DNA from: an uncultured Rickettsiales bacterium
Lineage (GTDB): Bacteria > Pseudomonadota > Alphaproteobacteria > Rs-D84
NCBI GenBank assembly: GCA_900546225.1
Contig: URBZ01000003.1
Coordinates: 17,857-81,856 of the forward strand
Length of the DNA: 64,000 nt
Reading direction: 5' to 3'
The first letter of the stretch is position 1; every line of letters starts with the position of its first letter. Both the position numbers and the translations under genes were made by a program. Shown here piece after piece: positions 36,190 to 45,921 of this stretch. Under the pieces are notes generated by a model. That model did not search any database, was not told the origin of the DNA, and worked only from the letters and a program-made list of their open reading frames with translations.

Positions 36190-36206
36190 TTTATTTCATA
36201 TGAAAT
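36190..36206. repeat. 17-nt palindromic flank repeat (right)
   Basis: TTTATTTCATATGAAAT has the perfect palindromic core ATTTCATATGAAAT. It abuts the rsmG stop codon. Confidence 0.7.
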
Positions 36207-36766
36207 TACCGGCAATTTTTGATAATTATAATATACCCATCACCGGTGCGTGATTTTACCAATTCATAATCGAATTTATATTTGGTCTGGGCGGTTGCAA
36301 TTTCAGCCGATATTTCCCGACCTTTTAGTAAAAAAAGCCGGCATTTTGTTTTGGCAACATAGTCCAAAATTTTAATCAGTGGCGCAAACGCACGTGCCGT
36401 AAATACAATATTGCCGGTATTTGCCGGCATTTTTTTAACAAAATCTTCGACCCGACCGTGATAAATGTTCAAATTCTGTAAATCCAGACGTTCTTTGACC
36501 GCGTTCAGAAACGCGACCTTTTTACCAATCGATTCGATACATGTCACGTGCCAGCCCAAAATAGCCAACACAACCCCAGGGAATCCAGCCCCACTGCCCA
36601 AATCGATAATTTGTGCGTCCTGTGGCAAAACGTCCGCCAGTTGCGCCGAATCGGCAAAATGACGATTTTCAATATCAGACAGCGTACTGGGCGCGACCAA
36701 ATTCATCTTGGCCGACCATTCGCGTAACGTGTCTGCGTACTGTTCAAATTTGACTTTATTATCCAT
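36206..36766 (-). CDS. rsmG: 16S rRNA m7G527 methyltransferase RsmG (GidB)
   Basis: ..W..K.NLV......I..RH..DS..L and the SAM motif IDLGSGAGFPG. Confidence 0.85.
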   Translation of the reverse strand: MDNKVKFEQYADTLREWSAKMNLVAPSTLSDIENRHFADSAQLADVLPQDAQIIDLGSGAGFPGVVLAILGWHVTCIESIGKKVAFLNAVKERLDLQNLNIYHGRVEDFVKKMPANTGNIVFTARAFAPLIKILDYVAKTKCRLFLLKGREISAEIATAQTKYKFDYELVKSRTGDGYIIIIKNCR

Positions 36767-36787
36767 ACGCGGTATTCTAGCACAGTT

Positions 36788-38404
36788 ATGAGAAAAATAG
36801 AAAGTTTATTTATTGGGGCGGCGTGTTTGGCCACTGTATTGGGGGCAGGCGTCGCAATTTGGAATCACGAAAGTACGCCACACGCGGCATTGTCGCACGA
36901 ATTTCCAGTTACGCCACATGGGGCGTATCTGGCCGCGCGCCACGCGATATACGTGAATGATTTTGACCGCGCCGTTGAATTTTCAAACGTCACCCGTGAC
37001 GTGCAGTTTGACGCGGTACAGAACGCGCGCTATTTGTCTGAATTTTTATCTGGGAAAATGCCGGAAAATGCCGGTGATTTGAAAAAGGCAACCGCGCCAG
37101 CGGCCAAATTGATTTATGACGCATATCTGGTTACAAATGACGATTGGGACGCGTTCTATAAACGGCATAAAAACGATAAATCTGCATTGATGGCGTCGTT
37201 CAAAATTTGGTCAATGATTGGCAATAATCGCCGGACAGAGGCATTAAAGTTTGTCGACAGCACACCAACCAATGACGCATGGAAATCGTTTATGCGTGGG
37301 CAAATTTACGCTGAAACCGGTAACGCGAAACGTGCCGCCGAAGAATTTGCACGCGTACGCTGTGATTTTATGAATATAAACGATTACAGATACATCATGT
37401 CGTTCTATATTCACAATGATATGAACGATGCGGCGGACGCATTGCGCCGTGATTTTACGTCGCATTTGGGTGGCATGTATATGTTGGAATATACGGACAT
37501 TCCAGCGTGGGAAAACTTTGCGGGAACAAAGAACGCAATGGCGTTCAGTTTGGTTCAGACCGTATCGCACACCCAGATTATGATGTATTCTGATTTGTCG
37601 TTGCTGATGTTGCGATTTGCGGAAATTACCGGCCCGAATTTTGGCGATAATAATGATGCAATAAACTATTATCTGGGCCAGTTTTTCTTTAACAATGGTG
37701 GTGATTACCAGACGTATTTTGACCGCATTGACCCGTCCAGCCCATATTACCTGTTTGGTGTCCTGCGCAAGGCAGAGCGGGGCGAAAACGCCGCGGCATT
37801 GGAACGCATTGTGAAAATAAATCCGCTGTTTGTGCCGGCGGTGGAACAGTTGGCCGGTCACCACGTGCATCAGGGCAACTATCGCGCGGCATTACGCACG
37901 ATAAAGCGGGCGTTGGACAATCCAAATTTGACCGAGGGCGGACGTGCGCGTTTCTTGCGCAATCGGGCATATGTGCACTATGTATTTGGCAAATATGACG
38001 ATGCCCAGCGTGATATAAATTCCGCGACCGAGGTTCTGGCCATGGACGGCGACGGTATGATTATACAGGCATTGGTATGGGCGGCCCAGAACGAAGAACT
38101 GGACAGCGCATACGATTATGCGATGAAGGTTTTGATGCGCGATGTGCGTAATGTGCGTGCGTGGGACGCGGTTGGTGTTACGGTTGCCGCCCGCGAAGGC
38201 ACAGCCGAAGGCATCAAGATTATGGAAGAGGTCACCGAACGTACACACGAATGTTCGTTGTTATATATGCATTTGGGTGATATGTACGCGGCGTCGGGCG
38301 AAAAAGAACAAGCGCGCAAGGCGTATCAGGCGGCGATTGATTTATCAAATGATGGTTGGACAAGTATGCCTGCGTTGCAAAAGAAACTGAGGAAATTGAA
38401 ATGA
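36788..38404 (+). CDS. TPR-repeat protein with N-terminal membrane anchor
   Basis: One N-terminal hydrophobic helix is followed by multiple TPR-like A..Y..A units. The stop overlaps the gpsA ATG (ATGA). Confidence 0.6.
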   Translation: MRKIESLFIGAACLATVLGAGVAIWNHESTPHAALSHEFPVTPHGAYLAARHAIYVNDFDRAVEFSNVTRDVQFDAVQNARYLSEFLSGKMPENAGDLKKATAPAAKLIYDAYLVTNDDWDAFYKRHKNDKSALMASFKIWSMIGNNRRTEALKFVDSTPTNDAWKSFMRGQIYAETGNAKRAAEEFARVRCDFMNINDYRYIMSFYIHNDMNDAADALRRDFTSHLGGMYMLEYTDIPAWENFAGTKNAMAFSLVQTVSHTQIMMYSDLSLLMLRFAEITGPNFGDNNDAINYYLGQFFFNNGGDYQTYFDRIDPSSPYYLFGVLRKAERGENAAALERIVKINPLFVPAVEQLAGHHVHQGNYRAALRTIKRALDNPNLTEGGRARFLRNRAYVHYVFGKYDDAQRDINSATEVLAMDGDGMIIQALVWAAQNEELDSAYDYAMKVLMRDVRNVRAWDAVGVTVAAREGTAEGIKIMEEVTERTHECSLLYMHLGDMYAASGEKEQARKAYQAAIDLSNDGWTSMPALQKKLRKLK

Positions 38405-39270
38405 AGGTAGGGATTATTGGCGCGGGCGCATGGGGCACCGCATTGGGCACGATTGTTGCACGTGGGGGCGCGGACGCGGTTCTGTGGTCTTATGATGGGG
38501 CCAAGAAAGATTTTGACGGTGTTGTGTCGCCTGCAAATTTGCGTGTCACGACAAATATGGCCGATATGGGCGAATGCGACGCGTGGCTGATTGTAACGCC
38601 GGCGGCATTTTTTCGCGAAACTGTACGCAATGCGGCACAGTATTATTGTGGTCAACCCGTTGTAATTTGCACCAAGGGGGCCGAGCCCGCAACTGGTGAA
38701 TTTATGTCTGAAATTATGGCCGCCGAATTACCCGCGGCGCGTGATTTGGCGGTGCTGTCTGGGCCACAATTCGCGGCCGAGGTTGCACGTGGCGTCCCGA
38801 CTGGCTCAACACTGGCCACACGCAGCATAATTGCATTGCAGACGGGCAGGGAAATATTCAACCAATTATATATCAACCCCACCGATGATATTATCGGCAC
38901 AGAAATATGTGGCGTGGGCAAGAATGCCGTGGCACTGATTGCTGGTTATAATTCAGTGGCGGCGACCGGCGAAAACGAACGTGCGCTGATATTTACCCGT
39001 GTCTGGGACGAGGTCGCAAAAATCGGTATCGCCATGGGCGCAAAAACAGAAACATTCTTGGACTTGTGCGGAATAGGGGACTTGTTCTTGTCTGCCACAT
39101 CGGCCACCAGCCGTAATTTCGCAGGCGGTATGGCGATTGCCAAGGGCGAAGAGGTCGTCGGCACAGTCGAAGGGATTTTTGCACTGTCGGGTCTGATTCG
39201 CCGTGCGGCCGCATTGGACGTTGAAACACCAACACTGACCCAGATGCAGGAAAAGATGGGACTGAAATAA
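38401..39270 (+). CDS. gpsA: NAD(P)H-dependent glycerol-3-phosphate dehydrogenase
   Basis: MKVGIIGAGAWGTALG Rossmann motif, ..LSGP.FA.EVA.G.PT.., and GVGKNAVALIAG. Confidence 0.9.
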   Translation: MKVGIIGAGAWGTALGTIVARGGADAVLWSYDGAKKDFDGVVSPANLRVTTNMADMGECDAWLIVTPAAFFRETVRNAAQYYCGQPVVICTKGAEPATGEFMSEIMAAELPAARDLAVLSGPQFAAEVARGVPTGSTLATRSIIALQTGREIFNQLYINPTDDIIGTEICGVGKNAVALIAGYNSVAATGENERALIFTRVWDEVAKIGIAMGAKTETFLDLCGIGDLFLSATSATSRNFAGGMAIAKGEEVVGTVEGIFALSGLIRRAAALDVETPTLTQMQEKMGLK

Positions 39271-39330
39271 AAGTTCAAATAACATGTGCGCCAAATGGCG
39301 CACCCCATTGCTCTCTGCTCATTGCTCTTT
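39270..39330. repeat. Mosaic repeat, short copy E
   Basis: AAAGTTCAAATAACAT, hairpin GTGCGCCaaatGGCGCAC, and the TGCTCT-type oligorepeat CATTGCTCTCTGCTCATTGCTCTTT. Confidence 0.75.
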
Positions 39331-39339
39331 ATAAAAAAA

Positions 39340-39364
39340 CACCGGCAAATGCCGGTGTTTTTTA
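39340..39364. terminator. Bidirectional terminator (CCGGCAAATGCCGG family)
   Basis: CACCGGCAAATGCCGGTG is flanked by A7 and T7, between gpsA and pal. Confidence 0.75.
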
Positions 39365-39380
39365 TGCAATTAAACAACTA

Positions 39381-39797
39381 TTATTTAACGGTTGTTGTTG
39401 CGTTACGGTTGAACTTCCAGACCTTTTCGCCTGTGCCCTTGACCAATGGACGTTCTTTACCATAAGAAATGGTAGAAATACGTTTTGATTCAATGCCGTC
39501 TTTGACCAGAACTGCCTTGGCCGCGTTTGCACGACGTGCACCCAATGCCAAGTTGTATTCTGTAGAACCGCGTTCGTCGCAGTTACCAGCAATCTGGATC
39601 TTTGTATCTGCGTGGTTCTTCATGTACAGCGACTGGCCCAACAGGTTGTCGCGTGCTTCGTCGGAAATGTCCGAAGAATTGAACGCAAAGAATACGCGTT
39701 GATCGTTCAAGTCAGCAGGTTCAACAATGCTGGAACCGCCGCAAGCGGCCAACAAGCCAGCAACACCAGCCAACATAGCAAAGTTTTTAATTTTCAT
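39381..39797 (-). CDS. pal: Peptidoglycan-associated lipoprotein Pal (OmpA family)
   Basis: Lipobox LLAAC|G, then FFAFNSSDI......L......K.....I.IAGNCDERGSTEYNLALGARRANA. Confidence 0.85.
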   Translation of the reverse strand: MKIKNFAMLAGVAGLLAACGGSSIVEPADLNDQRVFFAFNSSDISDEARDNLLGQSLYMKNHADTKIQIAGNCDERGSTEYNLALGARRANAAKAVLVKDGIESKRISTISYGKERPLVKGTGEKVWKFNRNATTTVK

Positions 39798-39875
39798 GAA
39801 AATACTCCCTTGAGTTTCTGTTGCTCGTGTTCTATCTTATAATGAAATGTTTGAAAAATCAAGGGAAAACAAAAA

Positions 39876-40691
39876 ATGCAGTGTAATCAGTTGCAGGATT
39901 TAGTTTTGTCGGGCGTGCGGTGGGAATTGTCCGATGTACCGTTCGCCATGGCACAGAGTGCGGCTGTCGCGGCGGCAAATCGCGCATCGCGCCCCGCCCC
40001 TGTGGTGACTGATGCCGTTGTGCCCGATGTTGTACCGGACAGTCCCGCACCACTGCGCGCGGCAACCGCCATTGTTCCCCCCATCGCGCCAGAGGTTGGT
40101 GTTACCATTCAAACCGCCCGTGCCATGGCGGCGCGACCGACTGATATTGCGGCACTGGCACGTATGATTGCCGAATTTGGTCACCCGTTGCGCAGCGCGG
40201 CGACAAACGTCGTATTGCCGCATATTGCGCCAAATCCAAATGGTTTGGTTATTATTACTGATATCCCCAGCGCAAATGATGATGCGCGCGGCGAAATATT
40301 GACGGGTGCGGCGGGCGAATTGCTGGACAAAATGTTGGCGGCGATTGGAATGTCACGCGAATGCGTATCAATCTTGCCAATGGTATTCTGGCGCACCCCA
40401 GGGGGCCGCACGCCATCGCGCAACGAACTGGATTTGGCGCGACCATTTGTTGACCGCGCGTTGGAATTTTTGTCACCACGGCTGATTCTGACACTGGGGA
40501 CATTGCCTGCAACAGAAATCGCAGACGTAAATTTGGCACGTGCACACGGTGTGGTGGCGGACACTAAAATCGGCGTAAAATGCATGCCGATTTTCCACCC
40601 AAATTACCTGTTATTAAAGCCAACGGCAAAGCGTGACGCATGGAACGCACTGCAACAAATTCAAAATTTGTTGAAAAGTGCCGATAAATAG
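39876..40691 (+). CDS. Uracil-DNA glycosylase, family 4, with A/P-rich N-terminal extension
   Basis: VIITDIPSANDD..GEILTGAAGELLDKML.AIG, RTPGGRTP, and FHPNYLL motifs. Confidence 0.8.
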   Translation: MQCNQLQDLVLSGVRWELSDVPFAMAQSAAVAAANRASRPAPVVTDAVVPDVVPDSPAPLRAATAIVPPIAPEVGVTIQTARAMAARPTDIAALARMIAEFGHPLRSAATNVVLPHIAPNPNGLVIITDIPSANDDARGEILTGAAGELLDKMLAAIGMSRECVSILPMVFWRTPGGRTPSRNELDLARPFVDRALEFLSPRLILTLGTLPATEIADVNLARAHGVVADTKIGVKCMPIFHPNYLLLKPTAKRDAWNALQQIQNLLKSADK

Positions 40692-40728
40692 TAAATAATT
40701 TCCGCATAAACATAAAAAGGAGTTTACA

Positions 40729-41283
40729 ATTAAACCTGCATTTAACCGTGATAACCGTCGGGATATGGGCCCACGTATGAACAATCGTATCTTTGCCAAG
40801 ACCGTGCAAGTAATCAGCAGCAACGGCCAGAATCTGGGCGTTATGCAGACATCGGCAGCATTACAGATGGCAATGGACGATGGATTGGATTTGGTCGAAA
40901 TCAACGCCAATGGTGCTGTGCCTATTGTCAAAATTATGGACTATGGCAAATTCAAGTATGAACAGAAAAAGCGCGCGTCCGAGGCGAAAAAGAACCAGAA
41001 AACAATCGAAATGAAAGAGGTTTGGGTAAAACCTTTTATCGAAGAAAACGACCTGAATATCAAAATGAAAAAGGTCTTTGAATTTCTGGGGCAGGGCAAC
41101 AAGGTCAAAGTTGCCGTTATGACCCGTGGTTCAAAAAAGGTTTTGGCACGTGGCAAGGACGCCGTACCAGAATTGTTTGCGCATATTATGGAATTGGTTG
41201 GTGAAAATGGCACACTGGAATCTAAATCCAAGCCAGACGAGAGAACCAAATCAATTATCATTGCACCAGCAACCAAGAAATAA
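40729..41283 (+). CDS. infC: Translation initiation factor IF-3, probable ATT start
   Basis: Core sequence RIFAKTVQVISSNGQNLGVM....AL..A...GLDLVEI......PIVKIMDYGKFKYE. The frame is open from 40699. GGAG (40719-22) lies 6 nt before ATT 40729, consistent with the conserved AUU start of infC. The first ATG is at 40765. Confidence 0.85.
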   Translation: MKPAFNRDNRRDMGPRMNNRIFAKTVQVISSNGQNLGVMQTSAALQMAMDDGLDLVEINANGAVPIVKIMDYGKFKYEQKKRASEAKKNQKTIEMKEVWVKPFIEENDLNIKMKKVFEFLGQGNKVKVAVMTRGSKKVLARGKDAVPELFAHIMELVGENGTLESKSKPDERTKSIIIAPATKK

Positions 41284-41304
41284 AAATGCCCCGATGGGGC
41301 ATTT
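41284..41304 (+). terminator. infC terminator (ATGCCCC..GGGGCAT family)
   Basis: AAATGCCCCgaTGGGGCATTT is followed by TTATTA. Confidence 0.65.
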
Positions 41305-41310
41305 TTATTA

Positions 41311-41496
41311 GTGATAAAGTGACAAAGTGATTCAGTGATATAGTTTTAGAATACAAAACTTAAAAATGTGTCGCCTGCGGACTTCGTCCTTGCCGCAACA
41401 TTCGCGTACCGCTCGGTTTTGTTTCACAGCACCTGCGGTGTCATTGCGAACGGAGTGAAGCAATCCATTGCTCTCTGCGCTCTACTCTTTGCTCTC
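41311..41496. repeat. Mosaic repeat, copy F
   Basis: Four tandem 8-mers GTGATAAA/GTGACAAA/GTGATTCA/GTGATATA (41311-40), module M (41368-41418), short arm TCATTGCGAACGGAGTGAAGCAATCCA (41441-67), and a TGCTCT-type oligorepeat. Confidence 0.8.
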
Positions 41497-41505
41497 TATA
41501 AAAAA

Positions 41506-41529
41506 CACCGGCAAATGCCGGCGTTTTTT

Positions 41530-41530
<1 letters not shown>
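41506..41530. terminator. Terminator at the mreB 3' end (CCGGCAAATGCCGG family)
   Basis: CACCGGCAAATGCCGGCG is flanked by A5 and T8. Confidence 0.7.
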
Positions 41531-42582
<1,052 letters not shown>

Positions 42583-42708
42583 TCAAAATCCTTGGGTATG
42601 AACTATTTTTTTGCACTATAAAACCTGTAATGACAAAAATCAAGGTCGCCAAATTAAAAAATATGCTTTTTTATTTGATTATTACCAGATTCTGCTATTA
42701 TAGCCGGC

Positions 42709-43068
42709 ATGAGAAACACGATAAAAAATCATAATGACTTTCTGATGGCGGACGATGACCCAACGGCGCGCAGTGCATTTTTTATTATTCGCGCCAAACC
42801 AGCCAAAGATATAAATGACCCACGTTTTGGTCTGGTGGTGACCAAACGAACATTCAAATTTGCTGTCCAGCGTAATTTGGCAAAACGGAAATTGCGGGAT
42901 TGGATTCGTGCCACCGATGACAAGATGCTGGACACAATGGACTATGTATTCATTGCACGTCGGGCAATTCTGGGTGCGGCGCGTGACGATGGCCGCGCGG
43001 CAATGACGCGTGCGTTGAACTATCTGGCGCATGAATATGGCAAGCAAGGTAAAAAATCAGCAAAATAA
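42709..43068 (+). CDS. rnpA: RNase P protein component
   Basis: [24 protein letters not shown] matches the RnpA RNR-like motif. It lies upstream of yidD. No rpmH is visible upstream. Confidence 0.8.
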   Translation: MRNTIKNHNDFLMADDDPTARSAFFIIRAKPAKDINDPRFGLVVTKRTFKFAVQRNLAKRKLRDWIRATDDKMLDTMDYVFIARRAILGAARDDGRAAMTRALNYLAHEYGKQGKKSAK

Positions 43069-43294
43069 TTATTCGCCACTGCAACGTGTGGCATTGGGAT
43101 TGGTGCGGGCATACCAGCGCGCGATTTCACCCGTCATTGGTGGGCGCGCCGCGTGTCGTTTCACCCCAACGTGCAGCCAATATGCCGCCACCGCGATTGC
43201 CAAATATGGTGCGTTGCGTGGGGGTCTGATGGCATTGCGACGAATATTGCGTTGCAACCCGTTTGGTGGGTATGGGTATGACCCTGTCCCTTGA
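43031..43294 (+). CDS. yidD: Membrane protein insertion efficiency factor YidD
   Basis: [25 protein letters not shown]...G..... .[15 protein letters not shown]. Confidence 0.85.
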   Translation: MNMASKVKNQQNNYSPLQRVALGLVRAYQRAISPVIGGRAACRFTPTCSQYAATAIAKYGALRGGLMALRRILRCNPFGGYGYDPVP

Positions 43295-43318
43295 CAAGCG
43301 GTATGAATGTGCTAGAAT
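43291..43318 (+). promoter_or_regulatory. Sigma-70-like promoter for accBC
   Basis: TTGACA (43291-96), 16-nt spacer, TAGAAT (43313-18). It overlaps the yidD stop codon. Confidence 0.55.
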
Positions 43319-43357
43319 TTGGACAAATATGCGAATAAAAAACAAAGGTTTATAAAG

Positions 43358-43795
43358 ATGTCTTTTCGTGCAACTGTTGAATCCATGTCTAAAATAATGG
43401 ACGAAATGGGTATCACAGAATTGGATTTGGAACGTCAGTTCTTGTTTGGCGTTTATCGCAAACATATTCATTTATCAAAACAACAGGCCACTGCGGTCGC
43501 GATGCCCAGTTTGCCGGTATCGGGCGAAACCAAGGCCGCCGCAACCGCGGCCGCGGCGTCGGGCTATGCACTGAAATCCCCGATGGTTGGTGTTGCGTAC
43601 TTGGCCCCAGAACCAGGTGCAAAGCCATTCACAACCGTTGGCGCACAAATCAAGGCCGGCGATACCGTCGCATTGATAGAGGCGATGAAAACATTTAACC
43701 CAATCAAGTCCGATCGTGATGGCACGGTCAAAGAAATCTTGGTGACTGACGGCGCGGCCGTTGAATTTGATCAACCAATAATTGTTATTGAATAA
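43358..43795 (+). CDS. accB: Biotin carboxyl carrier protein AccB
   Basis: An A/P linker is followed by the biotinyl motif [10 protein letters not shown]. The start is set at ATG 43358, because the TTG at 43319 would precede the predicted TSS. Confidence 0.9.
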   Translation: MSFRATVESMSKIMDEMGITELDLERQFLFGVYRKHIHLSKQQATAVAMPSLPVSGETKAAATAAAASGYALKSPMVGVAYLAPEPGAKPFTTVGAQIKAGDTVALIEAMKTFNPIKSDRDGTVKEILVTDGAAVEFDQPIIVIE

Positions 43796-43797
43796 TC

Positions 43798-45168
43798 ATG
43801 TCACAAATAAAAAAAGTATTGATTGCCAATCGCGGTGAAATCGCACTGCGTATTATTCGTGCATGTCGCGATATGGGCATTCGCACCGTTGCGGTATATT
43901 CAACGGTTGATAAAAACGCAATGCATGTACAACTGGCAGACGAATCTGTATGTATTGGGCCAGGGCCGTCCAAGGATTCTTATTTGAATGAATCCGCAAT
44001 TTTGACGGCGGCATTATTGACCAATTCTGATGCAATTCACCCAGGGTATGGTTTCTTGTCTGAACGCGCGGATTTCGCACAAAAGGTTATTCAGCACGGA
44101 ATGATTTGGATTGGCCCATCGCCTGAAATGATTACCAAAATGGGTGACAAGGTAAATGCCAAACATACCGCGATTGAATGTGGTCTGCCGGTTGTACCGG
44201 GGTCTGATGGCGCGGTTGACACGGTCGAAGATGCATTAAAATGGGCTGAAAAGATCGGTTACCCCGTTATGTTAAAGGCATCGGCGGGTGGCGGTGGTCG
44301 TGGTATGCGCGCGGTGCACAGTGCCGACGAAATGGCGGCCGCATTCCAGATTACCAAGAACGAGGCCCGCAGTGGTTTCGGTGACGACACGCTGTATATG
44401 GAAAAGTTGTTGTTGCACCCACGTCATATTGAATTTCAGGTATTGGGCGACACGCATGGTAACGTTGTGATTTTTGGCGAACGTGATTGTTCGTTGCAAC
44501 GCAAAAATCAAAAGGTGATGGAAGAATGCCCTGCGGCGGCCCTGACCCAGAAACAGCGTGACGATATGATAGAGGTCTGCAAGACCGCAGCCAAGAAGAT
44601 GGGTTATACCAACGCGGGCACATTCGAATTTATGTTCCAAGATGGCAAATTCTATTTCTTGGAAATGAATACCAGATTGCAGGTTGAACACCCTGTGACC
44701 GAAATGGTATATGGTATCGATTTGGTGCGCGAACAGATTCGCGTTGCCGCCGGTGAAAAGTTGGGCTATGCACAATCCAGTATTGTCCCACACGGTCACG
44801 CGATTGAATTTCGTATCAATGCCGAAGATCCCGAAACGTTTATTCCAAACCCTGGGAAAATCACATTGTATGCGCCATCGGGTGGTCTGGGCGTGCGCGT
44901 GGACAGTGCGGTCTATACCGGTTACACGATTCCACCAACCTATGATTCGATGATTGCAAAATTGATTGTTCATGCGCAATCGCGTACGGCGTGCATTATG
45001 CGTGCGACCCGCGCGTTGGACGAATTTGTTATCGAAGGGGTAAAAACAACAATCCCATTGCAACAGAAACTGTTAAAGAACCGCGATGTTCAAACATTAA
45101 AGTTCGATAACCACTGGTTGGAAAATTACCTGAACAGTGAAAAAGAACAGAAAGAAAAACAAGAATAA
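43798..45168 (+). CDS. accC: Biotin carboxylase AccC
   Basis: [18 protein letters not shown], the ATP-grasp motif GGGGRGMR, and [14 protein letters not shown]. Confidence 0.95.
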   Translation: MSQIKKVLIANRGEIALRIIRACRDMGIRTVAVYSTVDKNAMHVQLADESVCIGPGPSKDSYLNESAILTAALLTNSDAIHPGYGFLSERADFAQKVIQHGMIWIGPSPEMITKMGDKVNAKHTAIECGLPVVPGSDGAVDTVEDALKWAEKIGYPVMLKASAGGGGRGMRAVHSADEMAAAFQITKNEARSGFGDDTLYMEKLLLHPRHIEFQVLGDTHGNVVIFGERDCSLQRKNQKVMEECPAAALTQKQRDDMIEVCKTAAKKMGYTNAGTFEFMFQDGKFYFLEMNTRLQVEHPVTEMVYGIDLVREQIRVAAGEKLGYAQSSIVPHGHAIEFRINAEDPETFIPNPGKITLYAPSGGLGVRVDSAVYTGYTIPPTYDSMIAKLIVHAQSRTACIMRATRALDEFVIEGVKTTIPLQQKLLKNRDVQTLKFDNHWLENYLNSEKEQKEKQE

Positions 45169-45170
45169 AA

Positions 45171-45191
45171 ACGGGGCAATGCCCCGTTTTT
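45171..45191 (+). terminator. accC terminator (GGGGC..GCCCC family)
   Basis: ACGGGGCaaTGCCCCGT is followed by TTTTTATT. Confidence 0.7.
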
Positions 45192-45194
45192 ATT

Positions 45195-45424
45195 AAAGTT
45201 CAAAGTTCATTCGTCGCCGCTGACACTCCGACAGAGAGCAAAGCGCAGAGAGCAAATTTTGTGCGCTGCGCGCAACATAAACTAAACTGGATTGCCACGC
45301 GTCGCTTGCGCTCGCTCGCAATGACAGAGATTCTAGCTCTTTTGTCATTGCGAACGTAGTGAAGCAATCCAGTAAATTAAACCTGTCCGCCGACGGCGGA
45401 CACATTCATTACTCTTTGCTCTCT
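45195..45424. repeat. Mosaic palindromic intergenic repeat, copy G (most complete, archetype)
   Basis: Modules in order: AAAGTTCAAAGTTCAT..; AGAGAGCAAAGCGCAGAGAGCAAA; GTGCGCTGCGCGCAAC; long arm CTGGATTGCCACGCGTCGCTTGCGCTCGCTCGCAATGACA; 17-nt loop; short arm GTCATTGCGAACGTAGTGAAGCAATCCAG; hairpin GTCCGCCgacGGCGGAC; ..CTCTTTGCTCTCT. Confidence 0.85.
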
Positions 45425-45430
45425 AAATAA

Positions 45431-45453
45431 AAATGCCCCACATGGGGCATTTT
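45431..45453. terminator. Terminator at the sspB 3' end (ATGCCCC..GGGGCAT family)
   Basis: AAATGCCCCacaTGGGGCATTT is flanked by A- and T-runs. Confidence 0.65.
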
Positions 45454-45916
45454 ATTTACGATTCTTTCTGAAATCGTCCAATGACACAACGCGACCGGGG
45501 TCTGGAACAGTGTCGGGGCGTTCGTCCAATGGTAATTCCATATCATTGTCCGCGGCGGCAATGCCACCCTTTGGGTGAAATGTTAAAATAAAATCAACCG
45601 ACGGATCTTTGAACTCCACCAACGCGGAAAATGGCACGCGAATGAAGAAAGGCCGCCCATCAAACGTCAGTTGCACACCAAATTCTTTGTCAGACACGTG
45701 CAGGTTATTATACGAGTACTGTAATACAATCGTCATAATGTCTGGATATCGTATACGCAGGAAATCCGGCAACACAACGCCCGCCGCGCGCGTTTTGAAC
45801 GTGATAAAGAAATGTGTTCCATCGCCCAGACCGTTGACCTGTGCATGAATCAGTGCGTCTTTGACCACGGATTTCAGTGCGTTATCCAACAATGTTTGAT
45901 AATCAATTTTTGCCAT
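45452..45916 (-). CDS. sspB: ClpXP adaptor SspB (alphaproteobacterial type)
   Basis: YQTLL..AL..VV..AL.......L.G.HFFITF.T....V.LP..L...YP..MTIVLQ......L.V....F.V.L.F matches the alpha-SspB family as I remember it. Confidence 0.65.
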   Translation of the reverse strand: MAKIDYQTLLDNALKSVVKDALIHAQVNGLGDGTHFFITFKTRAAGVVLPDFLRIRYPDIMTIVLQYSYNNLHVSDKEFGVQLTFDGRPFFIRVPFSALVEFKDPSVDFILTFHPKGGIAAADNDMELPLDERPDTVPDPGRVVSLDDFRKNRK

Positions 45917-45921
45917 GTCTT

